A DNA stretch of 64,000 bases from an uncultured Planctomycetota bacterium. Lineage in GTDB: Bacteria; Planctomycetota; Planctomycetia; Gemmatales; Gemmataceae. A program made the translations under genes and the position numbers. Each line of letters starts with the position of its first letter. The stretch's first letter is position 1. The notes beneath the pieces are model-generated. The model saw only the letters and a program-made list of their open reading frames with translations, was not told the origin of the DNA and ran no database searches. Below, one piece after another: positions 41,033 to 50,473 of this stretch. The stretch lies in assembly GCA_963849325.1 (NCBI GenBank), contig CAWKHF010000002.1:832001-896000 (forward strand), read 5' to 3'.

Positions 41033-41162
41033 CAAGGTGACAAGGTGACAAGGTGAATGGGTGACTCCATGACAGGCTGAGTAACGTGAGTTTGGTGCGA
41101 GAGGACAACCACTTGGTTGTCACCTTGTCACCTTGTCACCTTGTCACCTTGTCACCTTGTCA
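41029..41162. repeat. Inverted tandem octamer (GTGACAAG)n / (TTGTCACC)n between nuoC and nuoD
   Basis: 3.5 copies at 41029-41056 and about 5.7 reverse-complement copies at 41117-41162; the first unit contains the nuoC TGA. Confidence 0.95.
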
Positions 41163-41173
41163 GGGAGATAGTC

Positions 41174-42397
41174 ATGCCTCTGGAGTTGGCCGACGCCATC
41201 GCCCTGCCGGAAGGACCGGAAAAAGAATACCTGTGGACGCTGAATTTCGGCCCGCAGCATCCCGCCACGCACACCACCCTGCGCCTCATCCTGACGCTCG
41301 ACGGCGAAACCATCGTCAAGGCCGTGCCGGACATCGGCTACCTGCACAGCGGCTTCGAGAAGCTCGGCGAACATCTCGACTATAACCAGTACGTCACGAT
41401 TGTCGATCGGATGAATTACATCTCGCCGGTCGCCAACGAGATCGCCTGGTTCGCCTCGGTCGAAAAGCTGATGGGCATCGACCTGACGCCGCGCTGCCAG
41501 TACATCCGCGTCATCTTCAATGAACTGATGCGTATTCACGATCATCTGCTCTGCTGCGGGGCGGCGGCACTGGACCTCGGCGGCTTCACCGCCTTCCTCT
41601 ACGCCTTCAACCAGAAGGAAAAAATCTACGACATCTGCGAGCGCGCCGCCGGCCAACGCTTCCACCCCAGTTACCTGCGCGTCGGCGGTTTGTTGCGCGA
41701 TGTCGATGAGACGTGGATCGAGATGGTGCGAGCGTTCGTCCGCGGCTTCCCGGCGGCGTGGAATGACATTGTACGCCTGCTCAACCGCAATCGCATCTTC
41801 ATCGAGCGCACGCGGAACATCGGCGTGCTGTCGAAGGAGGAAGCGAACAACCTAAGCTGCACCGGCCCCATTGCTCGGGCCAGCGGCATCGTCCGCGATT
41901 TGCGCAAGGACGAGCCGCATCTGGCCTACAAGGATTTCGATTTCCAGGTCGTTTGCGCCCGCGAGGGCGATTGTTATGCGCGTTATCTCGTCCGCATGAA
42001 TGAGATGCTGGAGAGCTGCAAGATCATCCATCAAGCCATCGAGAATTTGCCGTCCGGCCCGGTCAACGTGGACGTCAACAGCAAGGTAGTGATGCCCAAT
42101 CAGCTCTCCGTCTACCGCAGCATCGAAGGGCTGATCCACCACTTCGAGTTGGTCATGACCAATCGGCAATGGCACACGCCGGTGGACGAGGTATACGCGG
42201 CCATCGAATCTCCCAACGGCGAGCTCGGTTATTACGTCGTGGCCGACGGCAGTGGTGTTCCCTACCGGGCGCGTACCCGGCCGCCGTCGTACATCCATTT
42301 CGCCATCTTCCCGTATTTGATCGTCGGCCATCAGGTCAGCGACGTGGTGGCCGTGCTGGGCAGCCTGAACATTATTGCGGCGGAGTTGGATCGATGA
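41174..42397 (+). CDS. nuoD: NADH-quinone oxidoreductase subunit D
   Basis: NFGPQHPATH, IGYLHSGFEK, DRMNY and ESPNGELG motifs; ends AELDR. Confidence 0.96.
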   Translation: MPLELADAIALPEGPEKEYLWTLNFGPQHPATHTTLRLILTLDGETIVKAVPDIGYLHSGFEKLGEHLDYNQYVTIVDRMNYISPVANEIAWFASVEKLMGIDLTPRCQYIRVIFNELMRIHDHLLCCGAAALDLGGFTAFLYAFNQKEKIYDICERAAGQRFHPSYLRVGGLLRDVDETWIEMVRAFVRGFPAAWNDIVRLLNRNRIFIERTRNIGVLSKEEANNLSCTGPIARASGIVRDLRKDEPHLAYKDFDFQVVCAREGDCYARYLVRMNEMLESCKIIHQAIENLPSGPVNVDVNSKVVMPNQLSVYRSIEGLIHHFELVMTNRQWHTPVDEVYAAIESPNGELGYYVVADGSGVPYRARTRPPSYIHFAIFPYLIVGHQVSDVVAVLGSLNIIAAELDR

Positions 42398-42873
42398 GTG
42401 TGTTGACCGAAGAACTACGACAAAAGATTTGCGCCTATCTGCCGCGCTATCCGAGCAAGCAGGCGGTGACGCTGCCTGCCCTGCATCTGGTGCAGGACGA
42501 GATGCGTCACGTCCCGCTGGAGGCAATCCGCGAGATCGCGGACATCCTCGACCTCAGCCCGGCCGAGGTCCATGATACAATGAGTTTTTACGGCTTCTTC
42601 CGCGACAAGGAGCACTCGCTGGGCCGGACGCGCCTGTGGGTCTGTCGCAGTCTGGCTTGTGGCCTGCGCGGAGCCGACGAACTGCTCGATACCGTATGCA
42701 AGAAGCTGAACGTGCATCCGGGTTCGACCAGCGCCGACGGTAAAATCACGGTCGAATTCGCCGAGTGCATTGGCGCCTGCGAAGGCGCTCCGGCCGTACT
42801 CCTCAACGACGAGGCGCGGATGAATGTCACGCCCAACAAGGTCGATGCTCTGCTGGATGAATTGCGTCGCTAA
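42394..42873 (+). CDS. nuoE: NADH-quinone oxidoreductase subunit E
   Basis: VCRSLAC...ECIGACEGAP 2Fe-2S motif. Confidence 0.95.
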   Translation: MSVLTEELRQKICAYLPRYPSKQAVTLPALHLVQDEMRHVPLEAIREIADILDLSPAEVHDTMSFYGFFRDKEHSLGRTRLWVCRSLACGLRGADELLDTVCKKLNVHPGSTSADGKITVEFAECIGACEGAPAVLLNDEARMNVTPNKVDALLDELRR

Positions 42874-42876
42874 CGG

Positions 42877-42912
42877 AGCCGCTTGCGGTTTCGCGCGAAG
42901 CCGAAAGCGGCT
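42877..42912. repeat. REP-like hairpin, family C copy 1 (nuoE/nuoF)
   Basis: AGCCGCTTGCGGTTTCGCGCGAAGCCGAAAGCGGCT; related copy at 52482. Confidence 0.7.
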
Positions 42913-42939
42913 GAACGATAATAGCAGGACTGTTACATT

Positions 42940-44271
42940 ATGGCCGAATTTGAACCCGTCCTCCTGCGCCGCACTCTGAAGAAGGCGAGTCCGTGGCTGG
43001 ACGCCTACCGCGCCGACGGCGGTTATCGCGCCTTGCAGAAGGCCGTCAACGAAATGACGCCCGCTCAGGTCGTGGACACGGTGAAGGCGTCCGGGTTGCG
43101 CGGCCGTGGCGGTGCCGGTTTTCCGACGGGGTTGAAGTGGACTTTTCTTCCCAAGGACCACCCCGGCCCCATTTATATGTGCATCAACGCCGACGAGAGC
43201 GAGCCGTGTACGTTCAACAACCGCATTCTGATGGAAGAAGACCCGCATCAAGTCCTTGAAGGCATCATCCTGTCCTGTTATGCGACCCGCGCCTCGACAG
43301 CGTATTTGTACTTGCGCTACGAATATGGCCGTAGTTATCGCGTGCTGCAGCAGGCCGTCGACGAGTTGTATAACAATAACCTGCTTGGCCGCAACATTCT
43401 TGGCAAGGACTTCCATCTCGACATTTTTCTGCATCGTGGGGCGGGGGCGTACATCTGCGGCGAAGAGACGGGCCTGATCGAGAGTTTGGAAGGCAAGCGC
43501 GCCTGGCCGCGCATCAAGCCGCCATTCCCGGCCGTCGAAGGCGCCTTTCGCAAACCGACCGTCGTGAACAACATCGAGACGGTGGCGTGCGTGACGCACA
43601 TCATCGACCGCGGCGCGGATTGGTTCAAGTCGATGGGTGTGCCGCCCGATCCCAAAAATCCGCGCGACGCCGGCAGTTACGGCCCCAAACTGTACTGCAT
43701 CAGCGGCCATGTCAACAATCCCGGCTGCGTCGAGTTGCCGATGGGCATCACCGTGCGCGATCTGGTGGACCAACACGGCGGCGGCGTGTGGAAGGGACGC
43801 AAGGCCAAGGGTTGCATCCCCGGCGGCATCAGCATGGGCCTGATGACGGAAGCCGAATTCGATACGCGCCTGGATTTCGCCGGACCTGGCAAAGTGGGCT
43901 GTCTCGGATTGGGCACCGCCGCCGTGACGATCTTCGACGAGGAAACCAGCATCGTTGATGTGCTGCACAACATTTGTCGATTTTTCGCCCATGAGTCGTG
44001 CGGTCAATGTACGCCCTGCCGCGAGGGCACCGGCTGGATGCTGAAAATCACCGAACGGCTTCGGAGCGGCCAGGGACGGCTGGAGGATTTGAAGATCCTC
44101 GAAGAAGTCGGCGACAACATCGGCATCATGCCCGGCACGACCATCTGTGGTCTCGCCGATGGCGCCGGCTGGCCGGTCAAGAATGCCATCCGCAAATTCC
44201 GCCCGGAGTTCGAGCAATACATCCGGGGGGCACAGAAGAGTCGTCTGCCGGAGTTGCTCGGTTCTCATTAA
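42940..44271 (+). CDS. nuoF: NADH-quinone oxidoreductase subunit F
   Basis: GLRGRGGAGFPTGLKW, NADESEP, GAYICGEET and ESCGQCTPCREG motifs. Confidence 0.97.
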   Translation: MAEFEPVLLRRTLKKASPWLDAYRADGGYRALQKAVNEMTPAQVVDTVKASGLRGRGGAGFPTGLKWTFLPKDHPGPIYMCINADESEPCTFNNRILMEEDPHQVLEGIILSCYATRASTAYLYLRYEYGRSYRVLQQAVDELYNNNLLGRNILGKDFHLDIFLHRGAGAYICGEETGLIESLEGKRAWPRIKPPFPAVEGAFRKPTVVNNIETVACVTHIIDRGADWFKSMGVPPDPKNPRDAGSYGPKLYCISGHVNNPGCVELPMGITVRDLVDQHGGGVWKGRKAKGCIPGGISMGLMTEAEFDTRLDFAGPGKVGCLGLGTAAVTIFDEETSIVDVLHNICRFFAHESCGQCTPCREGTGWMLKITERLRSGQGRLEDLKILEEVGDNIGIMPGTTICGLADGAGWPVKNAIRKFRPEFEQYIRGAQKSRLPELLGSH

Positions 44272-44303
44272 CCGCGGCGGCGATGCCGCGAAGGAGTTCG
44301 CTC

Positions 44304-44757
44304 ATGAAGTTCGCCTTGTTGGTCCGAATCGCGATGGTGTCTGTCGCTTTGTTCGCCGCATTCGTCACAGGCTGTGGCAAAGGGAAGAAACCGAATGACT
44401 CGAAAGAATCGAAGGAAATGGCGGCGAGACAGCAACAGATTGGCGATTTGAAACAGCTTGGGCTGATGTATCACAATTACCTGAGCGTCAACAAAGACCA
44501 GCCTCCCACCAGCGCGGACGATTTTATAAGGTTTGCGGGGAATAACGCTCAGTTGGTCCAGGTGGTTCAGAAAGTGAAGTCCGGCCAGTACGTCCTCATC
44601 TGGAGATTGAACACCAAGCAGTTGTCCGGGTCGTCAATCGTGGGTTACGAGAAGGACGTTCCCGACGTCAGGTGGCATCGTGATGATGGGAGATGTTTCG
44701 GCCCGGTACATGACGGCTGCGGAATTTCAATCGGCTCCCAAGGCGAACGGCAAATGA
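44304..44757 (+). CDS. Lipoprotein 1 with DUF1559-like features (frameshift near 44665)
   Basis: AAGGAG RBS; lipobox VTG-C; DLKQLGLMYHNY; frame-corrected C-terminus YEKDVPTSGGIVMMGDVSARYMTAAEFQSAPKANGK*. Confidence 0.75.
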
Positions 44758-44798
44758 TTGGAGGGAAGGGCGTGACCCTTCTGATACGGAGGCATCCC

Positions 44799-45299
44799 AT
44801 GAATCGATCCCATGCCTGTCGAATCGCGGTGGTGGTGTTGTCCGTGCTGACGTTGTCCCTGACGTCGGCCGGGTGCCTGAAGAAGAAAAAGGCGGCGGAA
44901 GCGGAGCCGACCGGCAACCCGCTCCAGCCCGTCGCCGGCGGCGCTCCCGCGCAGGGAGTCGTCCGGCGTGGCGCCCAGATCCAGGTGAACAAACAAGTGT
45001 TCCGGGACATCGGGCAGTACTACGCGCTGTATCGCAACGAAAACGGCCGACCGCCCCAGAACATGGCAGAGTTCCTGGCCTACCTGAAGAGCGACCCGAA
45101 TGCCCGCACCAGGCTGCCGCCGGTACTGGAGAGTGGCTCGGTGGTTATGATTTTTAATCCTCCCCCTTCTTCCAATCAAGTTCTCGCCTATGAGAAGGAA
45201 ATGTTCCAGCTTCATCAGAACCGCGTGGTACTCATGGGCGATGGCTCCGTGCGGACAATGGTAGAGCCGGAGTTCCGGGCGGCGCTGAAGGCCCAGTAA
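44799..45299 (+). CDS. Lipoprotein 2, paralogous to lipoprotein 1
   Basis: GGAGG RBS; lipobox SAG-C; FRDIGQYYALY...LAYEKE...VVLMGDGSVRTM..EF. Confidence 0.8.
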   Translation: MNRSHACRIAVVVLSVLTLSLTSAGCLKKKKAAEAEPTGNPLQPVAGGAPAQGVVRRGAQIQVNKQVFRDIGQYYALYRNENGRPPQNMAEFLAYLKSDPNARTRLPPVLESGSVVMIFNPPPSSNQVLAYEKEMFQLHQNRVVLMGDGSVRTMVEPEFRAALKAQ

Positions 45300-45323
45300 T
45301 ACGCAGGCCGGTAAAGGAGACTC

Positions 45324-46982
45324 ATGGCCACCGTCTACGTCAACGGCAAGCCGATCGATATCGGCAACGAGAAATTGAACCTCATTCAAGCGGCGCAGAA
45401 GGCCGGTGTGCTCATTCCGCATTACTGCTGGCACCCTGCCCTCACCGTCGTCGCCAGCTGCCGTATGTGTTTGGTCGAGGTCGGCGAACGCAAGCCGGAC
45501 GGCACCGTCGCCATGCAGCCCAAAGTCGTGCCCGGCTGTCAGACGCCGGCCAAGGACGGCACCGTCATCAACACCAACACCAACAAGGCCAAGTTCGCCC
45601 AGGAACAGACGCTCGAAGATATTTTGCTCAATCATCCGCTCGACTGTCCCGTCTGCGACAAGGCCGGCGAGTGTTTGCTGCAAGACTATACCTACAACTT
45701 CGGCCGGGCCACGAGCCGGATGATCGACGAGAAAAATACGCCGCCGAACAAGCCGTACATCGGCGACAACGTGACGCTGTTCACGGATCGCTGCATTATG
45801 TGCTCGCGCTGTGTGCGCTTCACGCGCGAGGTCTCCGGCACGGCGGAATTGCAGGTCATCAATCGCGGACATCATTCCGAGATCGACATTTTCCCCGGCG
45901 AGCCGCTCAACAACAAGCTCGCCACCAACGTGGTCGATCTGTGTCCCGTTGGTGCATTGTGCAGCAAGGATTTTCTCTACAAACATCGGGTCTGGAACCT
46001 GAAATCGAAACGGAGCGTCTGCGCCGACTGCTCGACGGGTTGCAGCATCTGGCTGGACGGCAACAAAAACATCGTCTATCGTCTGCGACCGCGCTTTAAC
46101 CCGCAGGCGCAGGGCCATTTCATGTGCGACGACGGCCGGCTCGGTTATCCCTACGTCAATTCCATCGAGCGCTTCCTGCGGCCGATGACGCGACGAGACG
46201 GCAAACTGACGCCGGTGGCGTGGACGGATGCCGTCTCCGCCGTCCGCAGGGCGTTCCGCAGTGCGGCCGAGAAGGACGCGGCCGGCGTCGTGGGTGTGTT
46301 GTCGCCGTTCTTGACGTGTGAGGAAGCGTATCTGCTGGCCAAGTTCCTCAAGGGATTATCGGGACAGGCGCGGCTGGCCCTGGGTCCGGTCCCAGTCGTC
46401 GGCGAGGATGATACGTATCCGAAGGACCGTCGCGGTCGGCCGATCCAGCCGGTGAAGTTCACCATCCGAGCCGAGAAGTGTCCCAATCGCCGTGGCGTCG
46501 AGGAGATATTGCGACACTTCCAGGGCGAAATCATTCCGTTCGACGAGGTGGTGCGCGGAGCGAGCGAGGGCCGCGTCCAGGCATTGTACGTGGCGGCCAG
46601 CTATGCGCCGCGGCCGGACGGTTGGGTCAGCGAGACACAGGCGCAGGCGCTGCAGCGCGTGCCGCTGATCGTGTGCCAGGATCTGCTGCCTTCGCCGGTC
46701 AGCAACTTCGCCCATTACGTCCTTCCCGGCGCTGCCTGGGCCGAGAAGGACGGCACCTTCATCAATCACGCCGGCTTGGCCCAGGCCATCCACTGGGGCG
46801 TCACGCCGACCGGCGAGTGTCGCACCGACGGACAGGTGTTTCTCGATTTGCTGGAGCGTCGTGGCCTCGTCCACGTGCCGACGCTGCGGAAGGAGATGGC
46901 CGCCGAGGTGTCTGCTTTTGCTCCTCTGGCCGGGGGAGACCTCGGCGAATATGGCATTCCTCTGGACGGGACGAACGGCTGA
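45324..46982 (+). CDS. nuoG: NADH-quinone oxidoreductase subunit G (552 aa)
   Basis: IPHYCWHP, CRMC, NHPLDCPVCDKAGEC, RCIMCSRC, DLCPVGAL and CADCSTGC...MC motifs. Confidence 0.94.
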   Translation: MATVYVNGKPIDIGNEKLNLIQAAQKAGVLIPHYCWHPALTVVASCRMCLVEVGERKPDGTVAMQPKVVPGCQTPAKDGTVINTNTNKAKFAQEQTLEDILLNHPLDCPVCDKAGECLLQDYTYNFGRATSRMIDEKNTPPNKPYIGDNVTLFTDRCIMCSRCVRFTREVSGTAELQVINRGHHSEIDIFPGEPLNNKLATNVVDLCPVGALCSKDFLYKHRVWNLKSKRSVCADCSTGCSIWLDGNKNIVYRLRPRFNPQAQGHFMCDDGRLGYPYVNSIERFLRPMTRRDGKLTPVAWTDAVSAVRRAFRSAAEKDAAGVVGVLSPFLTCEEAYLLAKFLKGLSGQARLALGPVPVVGEDDTYPKDRRGRPIQPVKFTIRAEKCPNRRGVEEILRHFQGEIIPFDEVVRGASEGRVQALYVAASYAPRPDGWVSETQAQALQRVPLIVCQDLLPSPVSNFAHYVLPGAAWAEKDGTFINHAGLAQAIHWGVTPTGECRTDGQVFLDLLERRGLVHVPTLRKEMAAEVSAFAPLAGGDLGEYGIPLDGTNG

Positions 46983-47000
46983 GACGGGGGCGATTCTCAC

Positions 47001-48323
47001 ATGGAATTCGGTTTCGGTTTTTGGCTGACACTCATCCTCATCGCGGCCGTCATGGGCGCGCTTCAGGGGACGTGTGCCTATCTCATCCTCGCCGAGCGCA
47101 AAATCTCCGCGTGGGCGCAGGACCGGCTCGGCCCCAATCGCGTCGGCCCGTGGGGTCTCTTGCAGCCAATCGCCGACGGCATCAAGTTTTTGCTCAAGGA
47201 AGAGATCATCCCCAGTCACGTGGATCGAATATTCTACATGGTGGGCCCCGCCATCGCGGTCAGCACGGCGCTGCTGGCCTTCGCCGTAGTGCCCTTCGGC
47301 CCGACCACGCCGCCGCCTTCCCTGCTGGACTACCGCGCCGATCCGCCGCAGCGCATTTGGTCGCAGACACGCGAGGAAATGAACGCCGTTCTCGCCGCCG
47401 ACCGCGAACACGCTCGGCAGACGAACGGCAAGCCCTATGAGGATAAGCTGAAAGAATACAACGACACGATCCAGTTCGTCATCGCACCGCACGTCGATAT
47501 CGGCATCGTCTTCAACTTCGCCATTGGCAGCCTGGCCGTTTACGGCATCGTCCTGGGCGGTTGGTCCTCCAACAACAAATACAGCATGCTCGGCGCGCTG
47601 CGCTCCAGCGCCCAACTCATCAGCTATGAGATCCCGCTGGGCATGTCCGTGCTTGGCGTCATGTTGGTGACGGGATCGCTCAACCTGGAAAAGATCATTG
47701 ACTATCAGGTCCATCATGGCTGGAACATTCTCTTTCAGCCGCTGGCCGCTTTGCTGTTCGTGACCAGTGTGTTCGCCGAGTGCAATCGCTTGCCGTTCGA
47801 TTTGCCGGAGGCGGAGCAAGAACTCGTCGGCGGCTATCATACCGAGTACAGCGCGATGAAATTCGCGCTGTTCTTCCTCGGCGAATATACCCACATGATT
47901 ACGACGAGCTTTCTCGTCGTGATCTTGTTCTTCGGCGGCTGGGAGTTGCCCGGCGTCGATCGCATGGCCGGTGTCGGCGGCATCGTCCTCAAGTTGATCA
48001 TTATCGCCGTCAAGATGTCGCTGTTCATTGTCTTCTACATGCTCATCCGCTGGACGCTGCCGCGTTTTCGCTTCGATCAGCTGATGGGGCTGACGTGGAA
48101 AGTGCTGCTGCCGTTGGCCCTGGTCAACGTGGTGTGTGTAATTGTGGTCAAGCAGCTCAATCAGAGTGAGTGGTGGCTGTTGCCGTTGTCGATCGGGATG
48201 CTGGTCGTCATCGCGGGAATGACGCTGTACGTGCCGCGGCAGCGTTCGCGCGCTCCGCTGTTTTTCCCCGGTCACGTATCCGGGGCGCCGGCCGTAACGC
48301 GCGATCGATCCGTCCTGGACTGA
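47001..48323 (+). CDS. nuoH: NADH-quinone oxidoreductase subunit H (long TM2-TM3 insertion)
   Basis: ERKISAWAQDRLGPNRVGP, NRLPFDLPEAEQELVGGYHTEYS and LPRFRFDQLM motifs. Confidence 0.96.
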   Translation: MEFGFGFWLTLILIAAVMGALQGTCAYLILAERKISAWAQDRLGPNRVGPWGLLQPIADGIKFLLKEEIIPSHVDRIFYMVGPAIAVSTALLAFAVVPFGPTTPPPSLLDYRADPPQRIWSQTREEMNAVLAADREHARQTNGKPYEDKLKEYNDTIQFVIAPHVDIGIVFNFAIGSLAVYGIVLGGWSSNNKYSMLGALRSSAQLISYEIPLGMSVLGVMLVTGSLNLEKIIDYQVHHGWNILFQPLAALLFVTSVFAECNRLPFDLPEAEQELVGGYHTEYSAMKFALFFLGEYTHMITTSFLVVILFFGGWELPGVDRMAGVGGIVLKLIIIAVKMSLFIVFYMLIRWTLPRFRFDQLMGLTWKVLLPLALVNVVCVIVVKQLNQSEWWLLPLSIGMLVVIAGMTLYVPRQRSRAPLFFPGHVSGAPAVTRDRSVLD

Positions 48324-48341
48324 GCAGAGAGGAGAGATGTC

Positions 48342-48944
48342 ATGCCCATCGCCGAAAGCGATGTGAAATGGGTGCAGGCGCCAAAGGTCGGCCTGTTGGA
48401 ACAACTTTACGTGCCGGCCATCTTTCAGGGCTTGCAGACGACGGTTCGGCACGCGACGAAGACGCTTTTCGCCGGCGGAGCCATCACGCAGCAGTATCCC
48501 GAGGTCGAGCCGAAACTGCCGCCCAACTATCGCGGCGTCCACCGACTCAACCGCGACGAGCAGGGCCGCGTCAAGTGCGTCGCCTGCTATATGTGCTCGA
48601 CGGCCTGTCCCGCTCACTGCATCGACATCGTCGCCGCGCCGTCGCCCTGGGCAGACCGCGAGAAATATCCCGAAACATTCGTCATCGACGAGCTGCGCTG
48701 CATCTACTGCGGCATGTGCGAGCAGGCGTGTCCGGTCGATGCCATCGAGTTGACAACGCTGTACGACCTGACCGGCATGACGCGCGAAGAGATGATGTTC
48801 GACAAGGAAAAACTGCTGGGCGTCTTCGATCAGACGGTGAAGGCGGGCACGGACCCGATCCGCACCCGGGCCGGACGGCTCGGCGTCGCCTCGGAGTTGC
48901 CCGCGGATACCGGACTGACATCGTCGTCGAGTGCGCAGAGTTAA
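48342..48944 (+). CDS. nuoI: NADH-quinone oxidoreductase subunit I
   Basis: CVACYMCSTACP and CIYCGMCEQACP motifs. Confidence 0.96.
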   Translation: MPIAESDVKWVQAPKVGLLEQLYVPAIFQGLQTTVRHATKTLFAGGAITQQYPEVEPKLPPNYRGVHRLNRDEQGRVKCVACYMCSTACPAHCIDIVAAPSPWADREKYPETFVIDELRCIYCGMCEQACPVDAIELTTLYDLTGMTREEMMFDKEKLLGVFDQTVKAGTDPIRTRAGRLGVASELPADTGLTSSSSAQS

Positions 48945-48950
48945 TACACA

Positions 48951-50030
48951 ATGAATATGCCGCATTGTCTGCTGAGTGCCGCACCGCTGTCTGCCGCCGA
49001 ATGGTGGCCGATCGTCCTGCCGCTGCTCGCCGGGGGCGCCGCCATCTTTCTGTTGCTGCCGCGGCCGCGAGCGTATCCGGTCGTATGGGGTGCGGCCCTC
49101 GGTCTGCTGGCGCTGGTGCTGGGCGGCGTCCTGCTGACGCGATCCAGTACGGTCACGCCGGAGACGATCCTGTTCTGGGCATTCTCGGCCGTCGGCATCG
49201 CCTCGGGCGGTCTGCTGGTGACGCAGCATAATCCGGCTCGCGCCGCCCTGTCGTTCGCGCTGGTCGTGCTCAGCACTTGCGGTCTGTTCCTGCTGCTGGC
49301 GGCGCCGTTCCTCATGGCCGCCACGATCATCATCTACGCCGGCGCCATCATCGTCACGTTTCTGTTCGTCATCATGCTCGCTCAGCAGGTCGGCCTGTCC
49401 GACGCCGACGACCGCTCGCGCGAGCCGCTGCTGGCGTCCGTCACCGGCTTCGTCCTGCTCGGCACGCTGTTGTTCGTGTTGCAACGCTACGATGTCCGCA
49501 TTCAGGAAGGGATGCACGACATCGACGAAGTGACCGGCAAGGCGAAGCAGTTGGCGGAATTGAATTCCAAGGACGCGCATTCTCGAAGGCGTGGGCAAGC
49601 CGGGTACGGAGGACGACCTGTTCCTGAAAGCCAAACGCCTCTACCGCGCCCATCACTGGGAGGATCTGGCCGGGCAGGTGGACAACATCGAGGTGGCGTG
49701 GTCCAACATCGAACTCAAGGAGTCGAACACGGGCGAGTGGAAAGCTCGTCTGCTCGACCTGGCCGCCGTCGGCGAGGACGCTCGGCATCGTCTGGGCTGG
49801 CTGCCGCGGCCGGCAAGGCGCCGTTGTCCAACCTGAGCGGCGCCCCGCCGACGGTGCAGGCCGAACACGTCCGCCGCGATCAGGCCGACCTGCCGCGAAT
49901 GCCCGCCGAGAACTCGGCGTACCTGGGCCGAGCGCTGTTCACCGATTTCCTGCTCCCCGTCGAGCTGGGCGGCAGTCTATTGCTGGTGGCTACTGTCGGC
50001 GCCATCGCCATCGCGTTCCGCCGCTCGTGA
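48951..50030 (+). CDS. nuoJ: NADH-quinone oxidoreductase subunit J (long TM4-TM5 insertion; compensating frameshifts around 49580-49810)
   Basis: IIYAGAIIVTFLFVIML and LFTDFLLPVELGGSLLLVATVGAI motifs. Confidence 0.9.
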   Translation: MNMPHCLLSAAPLSAAEWWPIVLPLLAGGAAIFLLLPRPRAYPVVWGAALGLLALVLGGVLLTRSSTVTPETILFWAFSAVGIASGGLLVTQHNPARAALSFALVVLSTCGLFLLLAAPFLMAATIIIYAGAIIVTFLFVIMLAQQVGLSDADDRSREPLLASVTGFVLLGTLLFVLQRYDVRIQEGMHDIDEVTGKAKQLAELNSKDAHSRRRGQAGYGGRPVPESQTPLPRPSLGGSGRAGGQHRGGVVQHRTQGVEHGRVESSSARPGRRRRGRSASSGLAAAAGKAPLSNLSGAPPTVQAEHVRRDQADLPRMPAENSAYLGRALFTDFLLPVELGGSLLLVATVGAIAIAFRRS

Positions 50031-50043
50031 AGGTGAGGAGTCC

Positions 50044-50473
50044 ATGACCGCGTTGCCGCTGCACCACTACCTGATCGTCGGCGCCATCCTGTTCGCTCTG
50101 GGACTGGTCGGCTTTCTGGCGCGCCGCAATCTCATCGTCATGTTTTTATGCGCGGAGATGATGTTGCAAGGCGTGGCTGTCAACCTGGTGGCCTTCGCGC
50201 GTTACCGCGGCAACCTGCAAGGGCAGGTGTTCACGCTGTTCATCCTGACGGTGGCGGCGTGCGAGGCGGCCATCGCGCTGGCGCTGATCCTCATGCTGTT
50301 CCGTCGTCGCGACTCGCTCGACGTCGAGTTTGTGGCAGGAGCTGCGCGAGCCGGGCGAAGAGCGGACGGAGGATGACGAGCCGCTGCCGCCCGCTCGGCG
50401 CGAGCCGCCGATGCCGCACCTGACGCCCTCCGGCGTGGAACCCGAACATCGTCCCGAGGAGAGCCATGTCTGA
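50044..50473 (+). CDS. nuoK: NADH-quinone oxidoreductase subunit K (frameshift near 50325; acidic/Pro-rich C-terminal tail)
   Basis: RRNLIVMFLCAEMM and TVAACEAAIALA motifs; corrected tail WQELREPG...EESHV* overlaps the nuoL start. Confidence 0.9.

Noticed and set aside
7089-41162. Short repeat arrays as CRISPR
   Set aside because: The units are 7-10 nt, directly tandem with no unique spacers, and inverted. No cas genes are present.
43998-45299. Single 433-aa ORF overlapping nuoF
   Set aside because: It resolves into two lipoprotein genes with separate RBSs and lipoboxes, joined by a frameshift near 44665.
46356-49634. Very long antisense ORFs (also 13715-16360, 42415-44268, 50493-52676, 59211-61064)
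   Set aside because: These are shadow ORFs opposite high-GC genes with strong codon bias, and they have no recognisable motifs.
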